This document shows positions 8,670-15,971 of a stretch of 64,000 nt of DNA, in pieces; positions within the stretch are counted from its first letter, which is position 1; each line of letters begins with the position of its first letter. Made by a program: the position numbers and the translations under genes. The DNA comes from Tagaea sp. GTDB taxonomy: Bacteria; Pseudomonadota; Alphaproteobacteria; CACIAM-22H2. The DNA lies in contig CBDIIB010000005.1 in the NCBI GenBank assembly GCA_965279525.1, positions 481,464 to 545,463 on the forward strand. Direction: 5' to 3'. Below the pieces are notes generated by a model. That model searched no databases and had not been told where the DNA came from. It saw nothing but the letters and a program-made list of their open reading frames with translations.

Positions 8670-9641
8670 TCAGGCCCGGCGCGGCCGCCCGGCAGCCGGC
8701 GCCTTGCCTTCGCGCACGAAAAGCAGGCGCATGACCTCGTCCACGCCGAGGCCCTTGAGGCTTTCCCGGCGCAGGACGGCCACTTCGGCCCCCCGCGGCG
8801 CGCAGAGCCGGGGGTCGGACTCGGTCGAGAACAGCACGACCGACGGGCAGCCGGCCGCCGCGATCAGGTGCATGGGGCCGGTATCGTTGCCGATCGCCGC
8901 CCCTGCCCCGCGCGCCATCGCGGCGATGTCGGCGAAATCCGTCTGTCCGATCAGGTCGCGCGCCCGGGGGGCGACGGCGCGGATCGTCTCGCCCAACCCC
9001 TTCTCGTCCGGTCCGCCGATCAGCACCGGCGTGGCGCCATGCGCCAGCAGTTCGGTCGCCAGCGCGCCGTATTTCGCGACCGGCCAGCGCTTGGCCGGCC
9101 GGCCGGCCGATCCGCCGGGCACCAGCAGCACATAGGGGTCGGGCAGCTTGAAGCGCGCCAGATCGGCCGAAACCCAGCCGACGTCGGCGGCCGGCACGTC
9201 GGCGATGCCGGCCATCGCGAGCTGCTCGCGCTGCCGGTCGACCGTGTGCATGGAATCGCGCGCCGGGTTGGCGTGCGGCAGGCTGCAGCCGGACGCGATC
9301 CCCGACCAGGCCGGCCGGCCCGGCCCCATCAGGCGGAAATAGAGCCCCGACCGGTCGGAGGTCTGCAGGTCGTAGACGCGCTGGAACTTGCCGCCGCGCA
9401 ACTTCGCGCGCAGCGCCATCAGGCCGGGCAGGTTCAGCTTGTGCGGGCGCGGATCGACCCACACCTCGTCGACATAGGGGCTCGCCCGCAGGAAATCGGC
9501 GAACGGCGCACTCGTCAGCAGCACGATCTGCGCGTCCTTGTGGTGCGCGCGGATCGCCGCCATGGGCCCGAGCGCCTGCACCACGTCGCCGAGCGCGCCG
9601 AGCTTGATGACGAGAATGCGTGCCACGCCCGCTTCGCTCAT
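8670..9641 (-). CDS. Glycosyltransferase family 9 (LPS heptosyltransferase-like)
   Basis: Internal ATG of ORF 8670..9704, in ATGA overlap with the upstream gene. ARILVIKLGALGDVVQALG...YVLLVPGGSAGRPAKRWP...GNDTGPMHLIAAAG. Confidence 0.85.
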   Translation of the reverse strand: MSEAGVARILVIKLGALGDVVQALGPMAAIRAHHKDAQIVLLTSAPFADFLRASPYVDEVWVDPRPHKLNLPGLMALRAKLRGGKFQRVYDLQTSDRSGLYFRLMGPGRPAWSGIASGCSLPHANPARDSMHTVDRQREQLAMAGIADVPAADVGWVSADLARFKLPDPYVLLVPGGSAGRPAKRWPVAKYGALATELLAHGATPVLIGGPDEKGLGETIRAVAPRARDLIGQTDFADIAAMARGAGAAIGNDTGPMHLIAAAGCPSVVLFSTESDPRLCAPRGAEVAVLRRESLKGLGVDEVMRLLFVREGKAPAAGRPRRA

Positions 9642-10858
9642 CCCCAGACCTCGGGATAGGTCTCGCGCAGCAATTCCTCGTAGACGTCGAGCGTGGCCTG
9701 GCACATGCGCTCTTTCGTGAAACTTACGCGCACATGGTCGATCGCGGTCTCGGACAAAAGCTTGCGGCCCGCGGCGTCGAGCGCCAGCGCCGAGCGCAGC
9801 GCATCGGCAAGTGCGTCGACGCGGCCCGACGTGAACGTCCAGCCGGTCTCGCCCTCGATCAGGATCTCAGGCGCTGCCCCGTGCGCCGGTGCGACGACCG
9901 GCCTTCCCATCGCCTGCGCTTCGGCCACCACGCGCCCGAAGGCTTCGGGGTCGGTCGATGCCGAAACGACGACGTCGGCCAGCATGTAGGCCGCCGGCAT
10001 GTCCGCGCAGTGGTCGACGATGCGCGCGATGCCTTCCAGCCCGCGCGCGCGCACGCGCTTTTCCAGTTCCGCGCGATAGGCGGTGCGGCCCTGGTCGGAG
10101 CCCACGAACAGCAGCACGATGTCGCGCCGGCCGAGCTTCGCCACCGCGTCGATCAGCAGCGTCTGGCCCTTCCAGCGCGTGAGCCGGCCCGGCAGCATGA
10201 TCACCGGCAGCCCGTCGGGCAGGCGCCACTCGGTCGCGAGTTTCACCTGCCGCTCGACCGATACGCGTGCGGGGTCGAACTTCGCGATGTCGATGCCGCG
10301 ATGGATCACGCGCACCAGCGTGCTGGGCACGTGATAGGTCTGCGAAAGATGGCGGGCGATGAATTCGGAGATCGCGATGACGCGCGCCCCCTTCGCCATG
10401 ATCGAATTGTAATAGCGCTTGATCGGGTTGCCGAAATTGTAGGTGCCGTGGAACGTGGTCATGAACGCGACGCGCTCGCGCCTTGCGGCGGCACGCGCAC
10501 TCCACGCCGGAGCCCGGCTGCGCGCATGGACGATGTCGGCGCCGGTCTGGCGGATCGCTTCGGCCAGGCGCGTGACGTTGCGGCGCATCGTGAACGGGTT
10601 CTTCGACGCGACCGGCAGCGTGATGTGCGTGGCGCCCGCACGCTCGACCTCGCGCACCATCGGCCCGCCTTCGGACACCACGATCGAGCGCCAGCCGGCC
10701 TTGACGGTCGCGGCCGCCACGTCGACCGCCCCCCGCTCGACCCCGCCGGTGACGAGGGCTGGCAAAACCTGCATGATGACCGGAACGCGCGCGGCGACGG
10801 GCAGGCCCGTCCCGGGCCGGTCATCCGCTTCCGTTTCTTTGCCGTTCAAGGATTGCAT
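9638..10858 (-). CDS. Glycosyltransferase family 4 (GT-B, RfaG-like)
   Basis: MQVLPALVTGGVERGAVDVAAA...EAFGRVVAEAQAMGRPVVAPAHGAAPEILIEGETG. The start may be the internal ATG at complement of 10772-10774 rather than 10858. Confidence 0.85.
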   Translation of the reverse strand: MQSLNGKETEADDRPGTGLPVAARVPVIMQVLPALVTGGVERGAVDVAAATVKAGWRSIVVSEGGPMVREVERAGATHITLPVASKNPFTMRRNVTRLAEAIRQTGADIVHARSRAPAWSARAAARRERVAFMTTFHGTYNFGNPIKRYYNSIMAKGARVIAISEFIARHLSQTYHVPSTLVRVIHRGIDIAKFDPARVSVERQVKLATEWRLPDGLPVIMLPGRLTRWKGQTLLIDAVAKLGRRDIVLLFVGSDQGRTAYRAELEKRVRARGLEGIARIVDHCADMPAAYMLADVVVSASTDPEAFGRVVAEAQAMGRPVVAPAHGAAPEILIEGETGWTFTSGRVDALADALRSALALDAAGRKLLSETAIDHVRVSFTKERMCQATLDVYEELLRETYPEVWG

Positions 10859-11621
10859 GTCGTCCGACCTAACGCGCCCGGGCTTTTTCGCCCATCCCGA
10901 TCCGCACGCACCCCGTATCGCCTATCGCCGGATTCGCGGCAAGTCCCCCGGAATCGTGTTCTGCACCGGATTCATGTCGGACATGAACGGTTCCAAGGCA
11001 TTGGCGGCCGAGGAATGGGCGCGAAAGCGCGGCCAGGCGTGCCTGCGCTTCGATTATCGCGGCCACGGGGAGTCGGAGGGAACCTTCGCGGACGGCACGA
11101 TCGGGCTGTGGCGGGACGACGCACTTGGCGTGTTCGACGCGCACACCGACGGCCCGCAGGTCGTCATCGGCTCGTCGATGGGCGGGTGGATCGCCCTCCT
11201 CCTCGCGCTGGCACGGCCCGCGCGCGTGGCCTCGCTCGTCGGGATTGCCGCCGCCCCTGATTTCACCGAGGACCTGATCTGGGCAAAGCTGCCCCCGCCA
11301 CTGCGCACGAAGATCGAGACCGAGGGCAGCTTCCAGGAGCCGAGCGCCTATGGCGACACGCCCTATACGATCACCCGCGCGCTGCTCGAGGACGGCCGCC
11401 GCCACCTGCTGCTGCGCGGCCCCATCGCGTTCGAGGGCCGCGTGCGCCTGCTGCACGGCATGCTCGACTCCGACGTGCCGTGGCAATGGTCGCCGAAGAT
11501 CGCCGAGCGGCTGACGTCGCCCGACACTCGCGTGACGCTGGTCAAGGATGGCGACCACCGCCTGTCGCGCGAGCAGGATCTGAAACTGCTGACCGATACG
11601 CTGGACGAGCTATGCGGCTGA
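10857..11621 (+). CDS. Alpha/beta hydrolase (ABHD10-like)
   Basis: Internal ATG of ORF 10443..11621. GIVFCTGFMSDMNGSKA...FDYRGHGESEG...VVIGSSMGGWIAL (GxSxG nucleophile elbow). Confidence 0.8.
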   Translation: MSSDLTRPGFFAHPDPHAPRIAYRRIRGKSPGIVFCTGFMSDMNGSKALAAEEWARKRGQACLRFDYRGHGESEGTFADGTIGLWRDDALGVFDAHTDGPQVVIGSSMGGWIALLLALARPARVASLVGIAAAPDFTEDLIWAKLPPPLRTKIETEGSFQEPSAYGDTPYTITRALLEDGRRHLLLRGPIAFEGRVRLLHGMLDSDVPWQWSPKIAERLTSPDTRVTLVKDGDHRLSREQDLKLLTDTLDELCG

Positions 11622-12409
11622 TCGCCCGACGCGGCGTGCTCGCCGCAGGGCTTGCGGCATTGGCCCCACGCGCCCGCGCGCAAGGGCTGCGGGCCGGCGT
11701 CGTCGTCATGCACGGAAAGACCGGGATGCCGGGCTTTCCCGGCCTGCGCACGCTTGCCGCGCGCATCGAGGCAGCCGGAATGCGCACGGTCCTCCCCGAG
11801 ATGCCATGGTCGCGCAACCGCTACATCGACGGACCGGTGGAAAAGGCGTTCGACGAGATCGGGCGGGAGCTTGCGCGGCTGAAATCGGCGGGAGCGGCGA
11901 AGCTGTTCCTGGCGGGGCATTCGATCGGCGCCACAGCCGCCCTCGGCTATGCGGTCGCGCGCGGCGGCATCGACGGCGTGGCGATGGTCGCGACCGGGCA
12001 CGTGCCGCAGTTCTATTACAACGTGGCATTCACGGCGAACCTGGCGGTTCGCGATTCGATCGACCGGGCGCGCGCGATGGTCGCCGCCGGTCGCGGCGGC
12101 GAGAGCGCCGGGTTCGCCGACAACAACCAGGGCAACGCGCTGTCGCTGCGGATGACGGCGGGCGAGTATCTTTCGTGGTTCGAGCCGGGTGGTGCCATGG
12201 ACCCGCACGCGCTCGTCGCCAAGGCGCCCTGCCCGGTCCTGTGGGCCATCGGCCTGCAGGATGGTCTCTATGCGTCGAGCCGCGCGCAGTATTTCGACCG
12301 GCTGCCGCCGGATCCGCGCCACGCGTTCGTCGCGGTCGCCGGCGGGCATCTCGACACGCCGGCGGCGGCGGCCGACGACGTCGCTTCGTTCCTGAAATCT
12401 CTCGCCTAG
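11612..12409 (+). CDS. Secreted alpha/beta hydrolase (hypothetical)
   Basis: Internal ATG of ORF 11480..12409. Signal-like MRLIARRGVLAAGLAALAPRARAQG, and GHSIG nucleophile motif. Overlaps the preceding gene by 10 nt. Confidence 0.7.
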   Translation: MRLIARRGVLAAGLAALAPRARAQGLRAGVVVMHGKTGMPGFPGLRTLAARIEAAGMRTVLPEMPWSRNRYIDGPVEKAFDEIGRELARLKSAGAAKLFLAGHSIGATAALGYAVARGGIDGVAMVATGHVPQFYYNVAFTANLAVRDSIDRARAMVAAGRGGESAGFADNNQGNALSLRMTAGEYLSWFEPGGAMDPHALVAKAPCPVLWAIGLQDGLYASSRAQYFDRLPPDPRHAFVAVAGGHLDTPAAAADDVASFLKSLA

Positions 12410-13323
12410 GACCCCGCGTCCAGCAGCGCCTTCAGCCCCGCGCGATAGTCGGGATAGGCGAGCTTCACACCCAGCGTGTCCTTGATCTTGCGGTTCATCA
12501 CGCGCTTGTTCTCGGCATAGAACGAGCGCGCCATCTCGCTCATCGATTTCTCGGCAAGCGCATAGGGCACTTCCGGCGGCGCTTCCACGCCGAGCAATGC
12601 CGCCGCATACGCGATCACGTCCTGGGGCGGGGCCGGATCGTCGTCGCACACGTTGTAGACCGCACCGGCTTCGGGTGCGGCGATCGAGGCTTCGAGCACG
12701 CTCGCGATATCCTCGACATGGATGCGGCTGAAGACCTGGCCGGGCTTGACCACGCGTTTCGCGTTGCCGCCGCGCACGGTATCGAGCGCACTGCGCCCCG
12801 GCCCGTAGATGCCCGCGAGCCGGAAGACATGTACCTTCTGCCCGACGCGGCCCAGACCGAGCCAGCCTTCCTCCGCCGCCACGCGGGCCTTGCCGCGCGT
12901 GCCGACCGGATGCAAGGCACCGCGTTCGTCGACCCATTCGCCGGCCCGGTCGCCATAGACGCCGGTGGTCGAGAGGTACCCCGTCCACTTGACGCCTTCG
13001 AGCCGGATCAGGTCGTTGGCGTGATGGTCGAGGACCGGATCGCCCTTCGTGTCGGGCGGCACCGACGACAGGATATGCGTGGTCCCGGCAAGGGCGGCGG
13101 CTGCATCGGCCAGCGGCCGGCCGCGGTCGAACAGGAACGGCTCGATGCCGGCGGCGCGCAGGGCTTCGGCCTTCTCGGCCGTGCGGCACGTGCCGGCCAC
13201 GCGCCAGCGTCCGGCGATCAGCCGGCGTGCCAGCGCCATCGCCGAGTAGCCGAGACCGAAGCAGAACAGCCGGTTGGCGCGCGCGGGATGGAGCGGGATC
13301 GCGTCTGGAAGCCTGGTTGCCAT
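12406..13323 (-). CDS. NAD-dependent epimerase/dehydratase family (extended SDR) protein
   Basis: Internal ATG (complement of 13321-13323) of ORF 12406..13938. RLFCFGLGYSAMALARRL...YLSTTGVYGD...FRLAGIYGPGRS. Confidence 0.8.
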   Translation of the reverse strand: MATRLPDAIPLHPARANRLFCFGLGYSAMALARRLIAGRWRVAGTCRTAEKAEALRAAGIEPFLFDRGRPLADAAAALAGTTHILSSVPPDTKGDPVLDHHANDLIRLEGVKWTGYLSTTGVYGDRAGEWVDERGALHPVGTRGKARVAAEEGWLGLGRVGQKVHVFRLAGIYGPGRSALDTVRGGNAKRVVKPGQVFSRIHVEDIASVLEASIAAPEAGAVYNVCDDDPAPPQDVIAYAAALLGVEAPPEVPYALAEKSMSEMARSFYAENKRVMNRKIKDTLGVKLAYPDYRAGLKALLDAGS

Positions 13324-13375
13324 CGTGACTCCAAGTCTATGGCATCGCGGCCGCGTCGGCGCTACACCCTCGCGC

Positions 13376-14248
13376 ATGAAACGATTTGCCCTGCTCCTTC
13401 TCGCGCTCGCGGGCGTGCTGGCATCCGCCCCCTTGGAAGCCCAGCAGCCCCCGCGCCGCACCCAGACGCCCGTGCAGAGCGCGCCGCCCGGTGCGGGCGT
13501 GGCCCGCCCATTGCCGCGCCTGGAGCCGTCGCCCGCCGCCGCCAACGAATACGACGCGTGCCTGCGCAGGGCCGAGCGCGAGCCCGACGCCGCGTTCGAG
13601 GACGCGCGCGGCTGGGCGCGCACGCGCGGCGGCGGGGAACCGGCCGAGCATTGTGCGGCGGTCGCCCTCTTCAATCGCGGCTCCTTCCGCCAGGCGGCCG
13701 ACGCCTTCACCGACCTTGCCGCGCGCTTCCGCGACCGGCGCACGCTGCTGCGCGCAAGCCTTGTGGCGCAGGCCGGCCGCGCGTGGCTCGCCGCCGACGA
13801 ACCGGCACGCGCGGTGTCGGCTTTCGCCGCCGCCATCGAGATCTCGCCCGACACGCCGACCTTCTGGATCGACCGCGCCGAGGCGCAGGCCGCCGACGGG
13901 AAATTCTGGGAAGCGATCGACGATCTCAACCGTGCCATCGACCTCGACGCCCGGCGCGGCGACGCGCACGCGTTGCGCGCGGCGGCCTACCGGCAGGTCG
14001 ACGCGACGGACCTTGCGATCGAGGACGCGGATGCCGCCGTGCGGCTGGCTCCCAAGCTGCCGGAAGCGTGGCTCGAACGCGGGATCCTCAAGCGCATCCG
14101 CGGCGACAAGGATGGTGCCAGGCGCGACTGGCGCGAGGTGCTGCTGCTCGAACCCGACGGTCAGGCGGCCGAGACGGCGCGTGCCAATATCGAACGCATG
14201 GAACTGGGGATCGATCCCCCGCCGCCGCCGCCAAGGCCGCGGCGCTAG
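13376..14248 (+). CDS. Secreted TPR-repeat protein
   Basis: Internal ATG of ORF 13274..14248. Signal peptide MKRFALLLLALAGVLASAPLEAQ. TPR-like repeats (AIEISPDTPTFWIDRAEAQAADGKFWEAIDDLNRAIDLD...). C-terminal PPPPPPRPRR. Confidence 0.75.
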   Translation: MKRFALLLLALAGVLASAPLEAQQPPRRTQTPVQSAPPGAGVARPLPRLEPSPAAANEYDACLRRAEREPDAAFEDARGWARTRGGGEPAEHCAAVALFNRGSFRQAADAFTDLAARFRDRRTLLRASLVAQAGRAWLAADEPARAVSAFAAAIEISPDTPTFWIDRAEAQAADGKFWEAIDDLNRAIDLDARRGDAHALRAAAYRQVDATDLAIEDADAAVRLAPKLPEAWLERGILKRIRGDKDGARRDWREVLLLEPDGQAAETARANIERMELGIDPPPPPPRPRR

Positions 14249-15867
14249 GCTTTCGCCTTCGAAAGTTCGCCCGACAGCACGCGCGCGATCAGCGCGCGGG
14301 TCGCGTCGATCCCGTAGAGGGCGATGAACGAGCCCATGCGCGGGCCCTGGCTGGCGCCGAACATCGTCTCGTACATCGCCTGGAACCACGCCTTCAGTTC
14401 GGGGAACGCGTGGCGCTTGCCCACCGCGTAGACCTCGTTCTGGATGTCTTCGGCGCTCGCGTTCGCGGCAAGCCCGGCAAGGCACGCATCGAGATCGGCG
14501 ATGGCCGCATGTTCCATGTCGGTCGGCTTGCGGAACACGCGCGTCGGCCCGACATAGTCGCGGAAATACGCGATCGCATGGCGCACCAGCCGGTCGAGCA
14601 TCGGGTTCGCCGCCGGGGTCGCCTTGGGCGCATAGCGCGTGATGAAACCCCACAGCACGTCGGGCTCCAGCGAGTTCGCCACGCCGACGAGGTTGAGCAG
14701 CATGCTGAACGGCAGGCCGTTGGCCTCCGGTGCCGGCGGCTTGCCGCCATGGATGTGGAAGGCCGGATTGTCGAGCCGCTGCTGCACGGTCTGCGCGGGG
14801 AAGCGCTCGACGAACGAAAGGTAGTCGTCGACATTGCGCGGAATCACGTCGAAATGCAGGCGCTTGGCGGCCTTGGGCTGCTGGTACATGAACAGCGACA
14901 GGCTCTCGGCCGGCCCGTAGGTGAGCCACTCCTCGATCGTCAGCCCGTTGCCGCGCGACTTCGAGATCTTCTCGCCCTTCTCGTCGAGGAAGAGCTCGTA
15001 GGTGAAGCCTTCGGGCGGCTTGCCGCCGATGGCGCGCGCGACCTTGGACGAGTACTTGACCGAGTCGATCAGGTCCTTGCCCGACATCTCGTAGTCGACT
15101 TCGAGCGCGGTCCAGCGCATCGCCCAGTCGATCTTCCATTGCAGCTTGCAGGCCCCGCCGGTGACGGGCGTTTCGACGAGGTTACCCGCGTCGTCGCGCC
15201 AGACGATCGTGCCGGCGTCGGGCTTGGCTTCCACCGTCGGCACCTGCAGCACGCGACCGGACTTCGGGCACACGGGCATGAAGGGCGAATAGGTCTGCCG
15301 GCGCTCCTCGCGCAGGCTCGGCAGCATGATGTCCATGATCGCGCGGTAGCTGCGCAGCACCTTGAGCAGCGTCGCGTCGAACTTCCCCGACTTGTACATC
15401 TGGGTCGAGGACACGAACTCGTACTCGAAGCCGAACCGGTCGAGGAATTCGCGCAGCATCGCGTTGTTGTGCGCGCCGAAACTGTCGAACTTGCCGAACG
15501 GGTCGGGTACGGCCGTCAGCGGCATGCCGATGTTCTTCGCCAGCATCTCGCCGTTCGGCACGTTGTCGGGCACCTTGCGCAGCCCGTCCATGTCGTCGGA
15601 GAAGGCGAACAGCTTGGTCGGCACGTCCGACAGCATCTCGAATGCCTTGCGCACCATCGTCGTGCGCACGACCTCGCCGAACGTGCCCAGATGCGGCAGG
15701 CCCGAGGGGCCGTAGCCGGTCTCGAACAGCACGTAGCCCTTGGCCGGGACCTTTTCGCCGGTGCGCGCGACGAGACGGCGCGCCTCCTCGAACGGCCACG
15801 CGCGGCCTTTCATCGCGTCCGCGCGCGTCGGCGGGGCGGAAGAAAGGGGGGCGGCGGGATCGGTCAT
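14245..15867 (-). CDS. lysK: Lysine--tRNA ligase, class I
   Basis: Internal ATG (complement of 15865-15867) of ORF 14245..15945. FETGYGPSGLPHLGTFGEVVRT...VDYEMSGKDLI...KISKSRGNG (KMSKS-like), the class-I type typical of alphaproteobacteria. Confidence 0.93.
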   Translation of the reverse strand: MTDPAAPLSSAPPTRADAMKGRAWPFEEARRLVARTGEKVPAKGYVLFETGYGPSGLPHLGTFGEVVRTTMVRKAFEMLSDVPTKLFAFSDDMDGLRKVPDNVPNGEMLAKNIGMPLTAVPDPFGKFDSFGAHNNAMLREFLDRFGFEYEFVSSTQMYKSGKFDATLLKVLRSYRAIMDIMLPSLREERRQTYSPFMPVCPKSGRVLQVPTVEAKPDAGTIVWRDDAGNLVETPVTGGACKLQWKIDWAMRWTALEVDYEMSGKDLIDSVKYSSKVARAIGGKPPEGFTYELFLDEKGEKISKSRGNGLTIEEWLTYGPAESLSLFMYQQPKAAKRLHFDVIPRNVDDYLSFVERFPAQTVQQRLDNPAFHIHGGKPPAPEANGLPFSMLLNLVGVANSLEPDVLWGFITRYAPKATPAANPMLDRLVRHAIAYFRDYVGPTRVFRKPTDMEHAAIADLDACLAGLAANASAEDIQNEVYAVGKRHAFPELKAWFQAMYETMFGASQGPRMGSFIALYGIDATRALIARVLSGELSKAKA

Positions 15868-15971
15868 GGCGCTCTCGAAAAGGATGGCTCGGAAAGGACG
15901 GTCGAAACGGCCCGCGAAACTACGGCCCATGCGCCGGTGCGTCAACGCCCCGCAAAGCCCTATGATGCGTC

